Source: the human T2T-CHM13v2.0 reference genome, Homo sapiens
DNA length: 64,000 nt
Reading direction: 5' to 3' (one strand)
NCBI RefSeq assembly: GCF_009914755.1
Contig: NC_060930.1
In this document: piece by piece, positions 43,081 to 57,026 of the stretch
Layout: every line of letters starts with the position of its first letter
Numbering within the stretch: the first letter of the stretch is position 1
Program-made: the position numbers and the translations under genes
Notes under the pieces: generated by a model
Database searches by the model: none
What the model was told of the DNA's origin: nothing
The model's input: the letters and a program-made list of their open reading frames with translations, nothing else

Positions 43081-45926
43081 AGAAGTATGCCCTACAGTCT
43101 GTGGCTTTAGCACCACTTTGTATTGTATGCCCCACCTGACCAGCTGTGCAGAGATATAACCCAGAGACCTGGCTAGGCTCATGGTCTTGGGAGTCAGTAT
43201 GGGAGACTAGTAACAGAATTCACAATCAGGAGATCAGAAATCCAAAAACTGGGACAATGTCAAGTTGAAGACTAAAGGGTTCAAAAAATAGCATCAGGAG
43301 TGGAGAAGGATTAGGTCATTGGGAGGTGTAGCTGAATTTCCCAAATCAGATGGGTTTGTTAATTTCTAATTGGACTGAACACTTGTTGTGGCAGTTTTGG
43401 GTCACAATCCTAAGGGTCTTCTTGATTTTGAACAGGTGCAAGACTGAACAGTGTTCTCTGTGACTCAGTTCAAGATTTCCCTGTCAATTTTCTTGCCTCA
43501 ATAAGCCAACAAGGCCCTCCTCTCTTTATCCACCATAATGGTAAAATCAGCTGTATACTCTTCAGCTGCAGGTTAACTTTACTATGCCTGATCTTGGGTC
43601 CCTGACTTATTCACAGAACTTCTGAGAACTGTGACACCAACTAACAAATCACTTCTAAGAAGGAAATTCTCCCTAAGGGTGTTTCATGCCTAGAAGTTCT
43701 TGGAAAGAGAAAAAGAATGTTCCTTACATTTAGAACACATTAAGGCATTTGAAAGAAAGACGACATTACATCTTGTGTGAATGGTTGATGAGTAGCTAAT
43801 TTTTGGACAGCCACAAGGAAAATGCCAGGAAAGTTAACCTTTGCCTAGTGTCTATATTAGAACTTAAAAATTAGAAGCTTTCTTTTTTTCATAATATTTC
43901 CCTAATTTCAAAGGAATCCATTTCTCTATAAAAACATGAAATAAACACAAGAGCAAAATAAAATAAAATTCATCTATAAAATCATCTCCCAAAAATAATT
44001 ATTGTTAACATTTTGGTTTCTATCTTTGAAGAACAATTTTGGGGGAAACAATATATAATTAAACTTGGATTCTAATGTATGGACATTTGCAAACCAATTT
44101 TCTTCAGCTATAAAAATTTTCCTCATTCATTGAATATTATTTATTTTCTTTCACTAAATTGGGATTATGTACTACATATTCTTTTTTGTCACTATTTTTT
44201 CTCTTAATCTACCATAAATATTTATCCATGTGATTCATTCTTTCATCCATTTCCTCAAAAAATCAATAAATACTGTGAGATAATTTTGCCTGTCTTTATA
44301 ATGGTTATATCTATTTTTTCTGTCGTATTTTTCTTATTCTTTTTTCTTGCTATTAATTATAATGATTATAATGATATAATGATATATATAATTATATAAT
44401 AATGATATAATGATATAATTATAATGATACCTATTTCTGTCTTATTTTTCTTATTCTTTTTTCTTGCTATTAATTATGAAGAGCATCTTTGTCCTGTTCA
44501 TGGCTTTAAAGAGAATGCCGCAACATTTGACTGATAAATATGATGTTGGCTGCCAGTCTAAGATAATCTTCGTTATGTTAGTTGTCTTTTTATTTTCAGT
44601 TTGATAGGAGGTTTACTTGATTGTGTATTTATTATTTATTTTTAAGTAATGAATGGGTGTAGAATTCCATCAAATTATTCTTTGGCACCAATTGGGGGCT
44701 AGGGCAAGGATAAGGACAGAACTTGAGAAGACCAGTTGAGGAGCTATTTCATTGTCTCATTGTCCATATTAGAGGAACCAGGGCTAAGACACCAGATGTG
44801 GAAGAGAAAAGAAGAGGAGGTCTGCCACCTGTGCAGCAAAGGGAGCTAAAAGAGGAGAAGATAGAGATGGCTGGGAGATTTAGAGCCTGGCTTCTTGGGA
44901 GGCTGACCCCAAGTTCAATGGGAAAGATCATGTGTTCAGCTGCTTGTTGAGCTGGAGGTAACTGAGACATTCACATGGAGGTATCCAGCTGACAGATGAA
45001 ACTCTGGGTCTTCAATAACAAAAAAGAAGGAAAGTTAGATTCACAAACTTACTGCAAAGAGACATATCAGGATCCCAAGAGGACATGAGACAGACAAGGA
45101 GAGAGCACATAGGGTGAAAAACACTGAATTTGAGGAAGGTAGAACTTTTAAGGGGCTCTTGGTAACCCGTTGGTACTTAATGTGTTTATTTTCTGAATGC
45201 CTAAGTGCCATTTAACAGGCACAAGGGGTAGAAAAAATGTCTTGGTTTGGGAATTAGGGGTAGAGGGATCTCAAATAGAAAACAAGTCTTTCTCATAGAT
45301 AAGACAGAGTGGTAAAGACCCACATAAAGTAGGAAGGGGAGAGAGACTGCACTCAGGAGTCTACAAGAGTGACCCTGATCTACCAAGTGGGTAGCGAGGT
45401 CTTTGGCTGAAAGAAGGGGATAGGACAAAGTTTAAGGTGTTAAAGAAGTAAGAACAGGAACAGTTGTGGTAGGCGGTTTGTAGGAAATTGGGAATGAAAT
45501 GAAAGATTGTTCCTCTGAAATGCCAACATTGCAGAACGGTGTTGGAGGGTCAATCAATTTCCACCTCTTAACTTTCTCCAGAAGGGCTCAGCAATTTGGG
45601 ATTCAGAGGAAAAAGAAAGAATGAGGAGTCAGGATGTCACACAATTTTCACAATCACCCTATCGGTAAGATACATTACTGGCCCCATTTTGTAAAGGAGA
45701 AAATTGTCCAAGGTCATGGGGCAAGTAAGTAAAGGAGTCTAGATTCAGACAACCGTGTCTAGGATGGCAAAGCACACCCTAATCTGACCTTGCTCACTCT
45801 CCCATGCCACATCCTGTGTTCTCTATGGCCAGCCCCTTATACATGTGGTTTCCTATTTAATTCTCATGACAACCTTGCCAGATAGGTAGTGTGCCCTCAT
45901 TTCACGACAGATGGCAAAAGAGGGAT

Positions 45927-46012
45927 TTAAACCCAGTTCTCTTTCACCCCCAAAGTCCATGTTAGTGCCTTAAACCCAGTTCTCTTTCACCCCCAAAGTC
46001 CATGTTAGTGCC
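45927..46012. repeat. Perfect 43-bp tandem duplication
   Basis: (ttaaacccagttctctttcacccccaaagtccatgttagtgcc)x2. Confidence 0.95.
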
Positions 46013-47368
46013 TTTACCCAGCCTCCTTCCTACTGTTTTGATCACTGTGTGTGGATTCTTAGGACTTCCCTTGGCTAGATTAGGTTTATAGACAGTACAG
46101 TACTCTGGACCAGACTTATAGACATATCTTCATTTTATTGGAACTAAAATGATGCTAATAGCTTTATCTTGATATTCTTGCTTATTATCTTTGTTTACAT
46201 CAAAAACCCACTCAGGAGACTTGAAATCCTTAAACCTTGAACTCCCTCCCCCCAAAAATAAACAGTTTTGCACTTCCTCCTCCTATACAATTGTGAAATT
46301 TTCCTAGTTTTCCCTTATAAGCTTGTTATTCACTACCAACAAAACGTTAGTGTCAACTGCAAACTGGAAGATTAAAGCCTATATAATTAAAACTCAAAGG
46401 TGACTGCCTTTGAGGAAGAAGATCCCAGGAGTAATAAGTTCCCAGCTGTGTGTTTCCTCTGGGTACAAATTAAAGAGCCCATGACCACCCTCCAGGGTTT
46501 CCCAAGCACAGCAGGTTTACTGAAGAATTTGAAGGCCCTTTTGGTTGATATCACAAGTAGCTAGTGAGCCCAGCTTCTTGCTCTTCAAGTAACTTAAAAG
46601 ATTGAATAGCATTGGGCAGAGAGCACCAAGGACCCTGAGGAACTGGGCACAGCAATTGTAAGAGTGGAAGGTGAGTCTTGCATCTCTCAGGTCAAGTAGA
46701 CACCAAACAAGAAATTTATAATGGACGATCGGCTCACAAAACTAATAATCTCAACCCATATGATTTAGTCAAGAGTAGGATCAAATGCATATACAGAAAA
46801 CCTATCTATCAGTGGCTTAAACGACATAGGGGTTTCATGGTTGTTTGTTTTGTGTCTCATGTAAAAGAAGCCCAAAGGTGGGCAATGTATGGCCAACATG
46901 CTGGCTCCATTATGTCATGGAGACTCTGGCTTTGTCTAGCTTTCTGTTCCCTGCTCAGGGCATCCATCCTTGGTTGTAGAATGGCTGCTGCAACTGTAGT
47001 CAGTGTTCCAGGCTGCAAGAAGGTAGGGCAGACACAGTGACTTCTGTTAAATCTCTTCAGTCACCCTATTTACAAGGGCGACTGTGAGGTGGAGTTTTCT
47101 GCTGGGTGCATTGTTGCCTTTCGTAAACTCAGATCTCGTTACTGAGGAAGAAAGGAGAAATGGCTGTCAGGCATGGTGCACCGTCTCTTTCTATCTGGGT
47201 CTGCCTTTTGCATCTTGCAAAGCCCTTTAGCTTGATCCTAGATTCCAGCAGGTGGTTCTCTTCAAGTTTTAGAGCATTATGTTCATTGATGCTGATACCC
47301 AGGAAGGAGAACTCTGACGATATTCGCGTTCTCTCTTGTATACCATTTACCAGCAACACGTTGATCAC

Positions 47369-47733
47369 TGTCTTAGTCCATTCTTGCTACTACAACAAAA
47401 CACTTTAGGCTGGGTAATATGTAAATAATAAAAATGTATTACGGTTCTGGAGGCTGGGAAGTCCAAGATCAATGTGCTGACAGATTCGGTGTCTGGTGAA
47501 GGCTTATTTTCTGCTTCACAGATGGCACCTTTTGCTGTGTCCTCACATGGTGGAAGGGAAAAAAAGAACAAACTTGCTCCCTTAAGCGCTTTTATAAGGG
47601 CATTAATCCCATCCTTGAGGGCAGAGCCTTCATGGCCTAATTACCTCCTGAAGGTCCCACTTCCTAGTATATTGCATTGGGCATTAAATTTAAACATACA
47701 TTTTGAAGGAACACAGACATTCAAACCATAGCA
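47369..47733 (-). mobile_element. MST/MLT1A-like MaLR solo LTR
   Basis: tgtcttagtccattc...ttctggaggctgggaagtccaagatc...cattcaaaccatagca. Near-TSD atcac/accac. Confidence 0.85.
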
Positions 47734-50700
47734 ACCACCAAACAATCAAACACCACTATGTGCCAGGCCCTGCTCTGGTGTGGAGTCAACAAAGATGAAG
47801 GGCAATGCTCTTCTTGAGGGTTCAGACACTAGTGGAGACAGGAAGATAAACAAATTACAGTATGGTATGGCAGGTGCTCCAGTAGAGATTTGAAGAGAGC
47901 CCGGGAACACTGAGGAAGTCACCAGCTGCATCCTGGTGGATCCCAAGCTCTAGGAAATATAGGAGCACCCGGCCATCTGGGCAGTCTATAAAAATTGAGC
48001 TTCCCAGACATTGTCCCAGGAGTTCCAATATTACATATTCAAATTCCAGATCTACCAAATCAGCATCTCCAGATGTGTCTTAGGAATCGACTCTCTTTCC
48101 CCACAAAAAGTCCCAGGTAATGCTGGCACAGAAGTGGACCCCACTTTGAAAAGTTCTGCTCTAAGGGGGAAGGTAGGAACGGACACGCTAGAGAAAGAAG
48201 GCTCAGAAACAATGACTTGTGAGTTAACAGGGAGGTCATTCTACACAGAGGAGGGACAGCTTGGGCACTCAAGCCAGGCAGAGTGTGGTTTGTCTGAGAA
48301 GAACAAGACACAGGGACCAGAGCATGAGCCAGGGGCTTGTGGAGGTGCCAGAGCCACAGAGGATGAGGCCAGACTGTATTCACAGCGTGTCATGCTGCAA
48401 AAGCTGTACAGTTTTCCTTCTGTAGGACAAGGCTGTAAGTTGGGGACCCAGGAGTCTGAGCTCTAGGTTTCCCAGGGCAGGGCTGACAAAAAGAACCAGG
48501 GTGCACTTGACCTAAGCGAGTCTGACCCTGAGGCCATGCTGGCTCCTGTGCCCTGCCTTTTGTTCCCTCCTCACCTCTGCTTCAGCCTTGCCTGCCCACC
48601 ACTCTGCCCTCTGCTCCTCTGAGAGGTGTTGTACTCTGTTGCATGTCCCTGGCTTAGAAACCCTTTCATTTCTGTCTGTGTTCATTACAGGCCAATTAGC
48701 TGCTTCTCCATGAAGATAAGGACCACCCTCTCCGTGGAACCAAGGAAAGGCATTTGCTCCCAGCCCGGGCAGCACTTATGCTCACCTTGTTCTACCTGTC
48801 TCATCACTAGGTGGGCAGCCTGGGCCGACATTCCTCCAACTAGGTGCACATTTACCTGGGGGACCTGAAGACTTTCCCCATAATACTCAGGCAAGGATAG
48901 TTACAGGGGAATCAATTTCCAGTAGTATTTTTCTAATATTAATCAGCTTGAAAATGAGCTATGTTCAGAATGTAGCTTTTCTCACTTTAGAAAAAAAGAT
49001 GTATCCTTTATCCATCCCAAATCTTGCTTTGGTGCTTTGCTGCAGGAGGGAGTTTAAAGCAATGAGATAAACTTAAAGATAAATCAAGGCCCTTGAGCTC
49101 ACAAGGCTTTCTGCCTTCTCCTGTCTTATACGTATTTCTGCAAGAGAGAAGGCATATTGGCCCATGAGGGCTCATAATTCAGAATGTCTAAGTCATATAG
49201 GGCTGCGATACTGATCCATTTAAATAAATGTAACTGGAATTTTTTGCAGGATGAGTGGATTTTTCAAAATACAATAAATCAGACAAACAAAAATTTCACC
49301 TGATATATTTCCGATATGTCATCCTTTAATCAATAAACTAATGAAAATATTTTTTTGAAATAATATAAAATATGTATTCCAATTATAATCAATTCTCATC
49401 TTATTTTACCATATAAAATATTTAACATTTTTTATCTCCTGTTAATAAGAAGTAAACTTATTTAACCCTATGATGATGAAGATGTTAGATGTCAGTTTAA
49501 AAATGTCTGAAGGAGTATGTAGATTTTCAAAATTTTTTAACGAGGTTCACATTAAAAGGACATTTCAGTACAATGAGGTAGGGCGCTGGCCATCAAGGAT
49601 CACAATTGCTTTTAATTTAAATCAACTTATGTTAAGTTTCTACTCTGTGCCAGGCGCAGTAGGCATCTTTAAAATAAGTGTCTGTCTGTGTCCAGTAAAA
49701 TGTCTGGTCTCCTGGTGTTGGGTTTCCTGGTCTCAAAGGGTTCCACCATCAGCCTCCTATACTGAGAGATACATGCGTCAAACAACAGGACCAGAAGTTC
49801 CAACTTGCACAGAAAGTTATCCCAAAAAGGCAACACCCCCAGCCACACATTTTAGGCCTTATGTTCTCTGGTGTCCAAGAGCAACATGAGATGGGCTAAA
49901 GTGCCAAGCGGTGCCTTGAAGCCCCATGGCCGCCAGTGTGCATTCTGTGTTCCCCTGAGAGTAGACCAGTGATCCAGAGAGTCAGGGTACAACAGGACCC
50001 ACGTCAAGTTCACAGATCATGGACTATGTGTGTTTACTGGGAGTGTGTGCTCAAGCATGTCATCCCAAAAGGGGTGAGAGAGTTCCACAAAGTGTGGATT
50101 TACACCATGAGCCAGGCATGAGGTCAACGTGGGCATCATCCACAAAGCTACCTCAAAGGAAGCCAGACTTGGAACAATGGACAGGATGTAGATAATCAGA
50201 GAGAGGCAGGAAAGTTGCCCAATCATAGTGAGTCAGACATTTATCGAACAGCTGGTCTGTGCTCAGCTCTGCTCAGGGCTCTTAGGAATTTAGGAAGGTG
50301 GATACAGATTTGATAAGGGAGGCCAGACTTGGGGAAAATTCAGGTCACACTGCAAGGTAGCATGTGTTAGGGCCTGCATCCGTGGTGCAGGGAGTGCCCT
50401 AGGAATGTGGAAGCGGGAGAACTCAGGGCAGATCAGATGGGCCAGAGATCAGGGGTCAAGGGCGACCTTGTACAGGATAAAGAACTGAGTGGGGGCTAGC
50501 AAAGGTAAGTGGGATGTGGATGGGAAGAGGGAAGGCCTTCTCAGGTAGAGAAAGCAACAGGAGCATAGTCTTAGGGGTAGAAACGACGAAACAGAATGGA
50601 TGTGGAGTATTAAAAGGCAGGGCCAGCTGGTTGTTAAGAGGAGTCATTCCTTCAACCGGCAAAGACTCACAGAGCACCTCCTTACCAGACACTGCAGACA

Positions 50701-51919
50701 CACAGGGAGGAAGATGGCTCAGCTCTGGCCCTCACAGGGAGCTCACAGAAGCGGACAAGAGGTTAAATGAGAATTGGGATTGTGAGGAGGGCTGGGAAGA
50801 GGAGGTGCAGAACATCACGAAGTTTCTAATGGGGTCCAACCTGGTCTGGGAAACAGGAAGAGTCGGGGGCCACAGAGGCAACCCTGGTGGGGTCAGGAGA
50901 GGGTTTGGAAAGTAGGATTATGGCAGACAGGGGAAGGTCTCAAAAGCCAAGGAGAGGCAACTGCTGTTTGTTCCCCGTGCATTTCACATGGTGGAGCATG
51001 AAGCCATCTCATGTAGGGAAACGACTTATTGCTGGTGAGGCCCTGGGAAGATCCGTGTCATGGCCATTTGCAGGCTGGATTTGGACAGAAAGGAAGTGGA
51101 AGCGAGGCAGCCAGTTAGGGAGATGCCGAGAGAACCTAAGAGGGGCATTACGCATCCTGCACAGCTGGGCCCGGGTCCCAGGAGGAGGACAAATGCATTC
51201 GTGCGGTTGACTTCCTGTGTCTTACCCCTCGGCTGCCAGAGGCTACCTAGGTGTCACTGCTGACATTCCTCCAAGGGAGAGCTTTAGGCTTCCGCAGGGA
51301 GAAAATGCCTGTATAAGTTTTAATCGAAAGCAAATATGAGACGATGCTATCATTTTCAAAGTATACTTGCATTTTCCACATATTCATTTCAAGCTAATAC
51401 CAGCTTTTTCTCTGTTCTCCTTGCCCTCTTTTTAACACTTTTAATGTTCTTCTATGAGTTTATTACATTCAAACTACTTACAGCAAACCCTAAAACTACA
51501 ACCAGAGCTGTTCAGATCCTGCCCCATTAGGGAAGGGAGGCCCAGCAGCACAGAGAGGAAATGAAGAGATGGGGTCAGCCCTTAGACTGCCTGGTGATCA
51601 GACAGCAACCTCAGGCTGTTTGCTCATATTTATTTCTGTCAGGCCTTTAGAAAACACATGTGTTTTTAGGTAGCTGTTTCCAGGGCTCTCGGTTACAGGG
51701 AACATCTGGGATGTGTGAATAAGTCACCTTCAGCAAAACAAAGTACAGCTCCAGTGAGGCCCTGTGTGCAAAAGGCCAGCGGCTGTCAGTTGCCTGCCAA
51801 TTGGCTGCTCCGTGCAGAGATTCCAGCCCATTCACCAAGGTCTCGCTGAGAAGCCTGTGCCGGGCAGCAGACGCCTTGTGCTCCGAAGGATTTGTTCCTA
51901 CATGACTTGGAAACAGTTT

Positions 51920-52030
51920 GTCCCCGTTAGCTCAGTCAGTCTGTGGCTGGTGCCAAGAAGGCCGAGGTTGCAGGTTTGATCCGGGAATGGGTCAATTAGC
52001 TTTGCACAGAGGAAAACTTTGTTCCTCTTC
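51920..52030 (+). mobile_element. tRNA-Ile-derived ancient SINE head (MamSINE1-like) or tRNA pseudogene
   Basis: gttagctcagtcagt...tggtgccaagaaggccgaggttgcaggtttgatcc aligns with tRNA-Ile GTTAGCTCAGTTGGT...TGGTGCTAATAACGCCAAGGTCGCGGGTTCGATCC, followed by ttagctttgcacag. Confidence 0.65.
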
Positions 52031-53482
52031 ACTGACTGCGCCCCAGCCTAGCCGGCATCCGCCAAGTAGGAGCCAAGTGACAATAGCCGTGTTCTTCCCG
52101 GGAAAACCAACAGTGAGTTCATCCACTCTGCACCGTGGGTCGGAAATGTCCTCCTCGCCCACTAAGAACATTTTATTGTATTTGCAGACACATCATCTGT
52201 AATGCTTTCAGTTCCCCTCCTGGGAGCCACACTGTGAAAACGAAATGCAGTCTCCTTGATGCTTTAGGAAAGCAGCAAGATCCACTGGGTCGATCAAAGC
52301 CTTGCACACTGAAGGAGCCTAGATTTGCTTCCCAGTTTTATAGGAGATAACCAGTATTTGATGTGAAGATGTATTTGGGGCCAAGGGAGATTTGGTGTGA
52401 ATCATTTTAATCAGAGGCTCAAGAAACCTGAACTGGATCTGACCCCACCTGCCTCCGCATGTGAACAGAAGCAAACAGAAAAGGCTGCTACAAATGAGGG
52501 TCTTGAACAGCAGATGTTAAAAGCAAGTGCTACTTAGCGATCTCAGAAATACTCGTGGCTACTGAAGTAGCATTTCTCGTCCTCTTACCACAAGATTTGA
52601 CAAGCGGACTTGACGCTCTTCATTGTAGCCATTCTCTCTCTCTTTTTTTTAGAAGTTTAAAAATGTGTGTGCAATATGCAGTCATGATAGTTAACTTTCA
52701 AATGGTTCTCTGTCTACCTACAGGAAAGAGAAGATATTAAATTGTTTCAGAGCCAGATGGGCTGGCGTTGTCTTTGTTTGGCTCAGAGTAAGACACAGCC
52801 AGTGAGTTCTCCGCTGAGGCAACGTATGTGAGTGTCACGCAGGGCATATGTGCACACTTAAGCCATGATCACCCCTTCCTTAAAGATCCTCTTAGTTGCT
52901 ACAGCTAAAGCTATGCCCGAAATGCTGTCAGGCTACAGTTTTAGTTGTGTATGGCATCAAGGATAATAAAGGTGTACTGTTTTAACTTGTGTTACTGGCA
53001 CCTGTAATTCTTCCAATGATATTTCCTATTCTCCAAAATTGATACCCAGCCTTCACCTATCTCATGAAAATACATCTTTCTGGATTCAATCCTGAGGGGT
53101 CAGGAGAAGAGTAGGAAGAACAAAAGGGACAAATAAAACACAAAAGCAGGAAAGTTTTTTTTTAAAAAATAGTCCATGGCAATCATTAGCATGCCATCTT
53201 CATTACTCAGAGAATTTCCAGATGATTGGATGCTCATTTTGGCAATTAAAACTTCTATATCAAAACATCAACAAAGATATCTATAGCCAATGTATCTAAA
53301 TTAATTAATATTCTTAATGCATTTGAAAAAACATTTGGCTGAGATGATATTCAACAACGTTTGACTTACAAAAATTTTAATTACACGTGGTTCAATTAAA
53401 TACTAAGACCATTACAAATAAATGGCTCCAAATTTTTAGTAGAAAATACAAACGACTTGAAACATCGAAAAATGTGTAACTT

Positions 53483-53805
<323 letters not shown>

Positions 53806-55124
53806 GAAAAATGTGTAACTTTACTAATACTCAAATAAATGCAAAAAGAAACACAAAAAAACCAATCCATTTCCAGCTATCATAAATAGCAGGGAAGTTC
53901 ACAGAGTAGACCGTCCTGTGCTGAGTGTGGGGAAATCTGCTGTCTCCTATAGTGCTGGAAGGGATGTAAATTGGCACAACCTTTTCGGAAAACAAATTAG
54001 CAGTAACAAAAATGGTGGGGTTTCTTTGAATGTTCAATTCCTGGCTCTAGTATTTCCAGTTCTGTGAATTTATCATAAGAAAATACAGGGGAAATAAAAT
54101 GTTCTGTGCAAAGATGTGCCTTGCAGTATTCACGACAGTAAAAATGAGGAGGTAAACTCCATGTCCAGCAATAGAGAAATTAGGCAGTGATTAGAAGCAT
54201 GGAAAGTGGAGTCAAGCCAACTTGTGTCTAAATCCCGCTTTGGCTGTTTAATAAGCATTGTTAAACACATTGCTAAAACCTTGAGCCTCAATTTTCTTAT
54301 CAATTTATATGATGAGACTAATTCCTACCTCACTGGGCTTTTGCTAGAGTCACATGGGAAGAATGTATGTACATTGCTTGGAATAGTGTGTGGAAAGCAG
54401 AAAATAGCAGCTTCTCTTTATTATGATTTAGTCATCCTCAATATTATACAACTATTGAAAGAATGTTTAAGAATAATTTATAATAACATAGGAAATATCC
54501 ATTATATAATGTGGAAAATCTAAGTATGTAGATACAGAGAGGCTGTGGTACAGACTGTAAAATATGCCTTAAAAAAGAAGACAAAAAGGAGTAATATATG
54601 AGTCAAAATTTTACAGGGGTGGTCTGGGTCTTGGAATTAGGGATGATTTTCCTATGAGCTCTTAACTTTGGTGCTTTTTCCAACTGTGCTATAATGAACA
54701 TTATTTCTTTTGTCATTGAAAAGGGATAAACTGTATTTTCTAAAACAAAACACCAGCCTCTGGTGTTTGGCCTCCAGAGACAGCAGTAATAGTTTTGATC
54801 CATGGCTCCCAGGAAGGGATGGAGGGCAGCTGGCATGCAGGAGACAGAGCATCAACGAGGAGCTAGAGCAGTTGGCTTCTGGGTCCTGGAGCTCCACGGA
54901 AAACTCTGCAACCCTGGTCATCATTGGCCATGCTGCAATGAAGACAGCATTAGTTGAGATCAAGCCTTCACTGCAGAAACCACAAGGCTCTGTCTCATTA
55001 CTCCCTCTTAGGATGATGCACCATACCTGGTTCTCTGCTGTTCTGTGACACACCTTTGGTCTCCTCTCCTGCTAGCAGTTGGCTGGAACCGTTTGGCTGA
55101 AATACTCTGTTAGTTCTTACCTTT

Positions 55125-55570
55125 TGTTATGAGTTCAGTTGTGTCCCCACCAAACCAAATTCATATGTTGAACTCCTAACCCCAAGTGACCGTATTGGGA
55201 AATACAGTCATCGCAGATGTAATTAGTTAAGTTAAAACGAGGTCCTTAGGGTGGACCCTAATCCAATATGACTGGTGTCTTTATAAAAGAGGAAATTTAG
55301 GCACAGAGACATGCAGAATGTGGACACATTCTCTACACAGGGAGAACATCACGTCAAAGTGAAGGTTGATGTTACACTGCCACAGGAGTTCCCAGGAGCT
55401 GGAAGACAGGCCTACAACAGATCCTTCTGTGCCTTCAGAGGAAGCATGGCTCTGCCAACACCTTGATTTCAGACTTCCAGCCTCCAGACTGTGAGATAAT
55501 AAATTTCTGTTGTTTAAGTTCACTCAGTCTGCGGTACTTTGTTATGGCGGCTCTAGCAAACAAATATACG
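55125..55570 (+). mobile_element. MLT1B/C MaLR LTR
   Basis: aaattcatatgttgaactcctaacccc...gccaacaccttgatttcagacttccagcctccagactgtgagataataaatttc. Confidence 0.85.
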
Positions 55571-56067
55571 CTCATTTTCTCACTCAATGTCATGTCTTCC
55601 TCTTTCCCTCTTTTCCAAAGAAAAAAAATGAAAGCCTTCCAGATGTGTTCTGCTATGGTCCACAGGCTGGAGGGTGCATGGAACCCACCCAGAGGTGCTC
55701 TGCAATCAGCAATTCAGTGAGCCATTCACAGTCCAACCAGTTGCCTTCTGATGAGAATGCATCACACCGCATGTGGGGAGGGCCATGTGGGAATTCTCAC
55801 ACCTGTTGCCTAGATGCCTGTGTCTGGTTAGAACCACTGCATGCTTTCTTTCAGTGAGTATTTACGCTAGGCACCAAAAAACAATGGCAAGAACAAACAT
55901 TAGTGTGATGTCAGTAAGAATGAAACCTAAGTTACTATACAGATTAAATTATAAGTTTCTCTGGATGTAAAAAAGTTCCCAAATGTAGTGTAACAGGTTA
56001 GAAATTCACTTCTCAATCACGCAAAAGTCCAAGCAAGCATGGGGACCTTGCTTGTGATGTGTGTCTT

Positions 56068-56454
56068 TCTTATGAATTGAATTTTGTATCTCCCCGCAAA
56101 CCTGCAAAATTCATATGTTGAACCCCTGATGTGATGACATTTGGAGATGGGGTCTTTGAGAGGTTAAAGGTTAAGATTGAATGAGGTCATAAGGGTGGGG
56201 CCTTTATGCAATAGGGTATGTGTCCTTATAAGAAGAAGAGACACCAGAGATCTCTGTCTGCCATGTGAGGGCACAGCAAAAACTCAACCCTCTGCAAACC
56301 AGCAGGAGAGCCCTCACCAGGAACCGAATTGGCTGGCACCTTGATCTTAGACTTCCCACCTCCAGAAATAAGCTCCCATTGAGAAATAAGCTCCCGTTGT
56401 TGAAGCCATCCTATCTGTGGTATTTTGTTATGGCAACCCGAGCTGACTGAGACA
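56068..56454 (+). mobile_element. MLT1A-like MaLR LTR with an 18-bp internal tandem duplication (56364-56399)
   Basis: aaattcatatgttgaacc...ggctggcaccttgatcttagacttcc...agctgactgagaca. Confidence 0.82.
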
Positions 56455-56723
56455 ATCGTCTTGCCTGTCAGCCTTGACCTTGCTGCTCTGTGGCATCCCC
56501 ATTTCCATGATAGCCCCTGTCACACTGGCATTCCACCCAGCAAGAAGGAAGAAAGAGACAGGAGCACACACACCTTCCCATGGAGGTGAACAGCATACCA
56601 CACAGCCCCTCAGGGCCCACTGGCCAGAATTCAATCACATGGCTGCACTCAATGCACTGGAAGCTGGAGAACAGAATCTTTCTCTGTTCTTCAGCCTGTG
56701 CCCAGGTTAAAGATTCTATTTCT

Positions 56724-57026
56724 TTTTCTTTTTTCTTTTTTTTTTTTTTTGAGATGGAGTCTTGCTCTGTTGTCCAAGCTAGAGTGCAGTGGTGCTATCT
56801 TGGCTCACTAAAACCTCTGCCTCCCAGGTTCAGCAATTCTCCTGCCTCAGCCTGCTGAGTAGCTGAGATTACAGGTGCAACATGCCCAGCAAACTTTTGT
56901 ATTTTTAGTAGAGACGGGATTTCGCCATGTTTGCCAGGCTTGTCTCGAACTCCTGACCTCAGGTGATCCGCCTGCCTCTGCCTCCCAAAGTGCTGGGATT
57001 ACAGGCATGAGCCACTGCGCCCGGTC
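56724..57026 (-). mobile_element. AluSx-like
   Basis: TSD taaagattctatttct at 56708-23 and 57027-42. Confidence 0.92.

Noticed and set aside
51920-51994. Functional tRNA gene
   Set aside because: The acceptor and D stems and the B box (GTTTGA) are degenerate and there is no terminator. It fits a SINE head or pseudogene.
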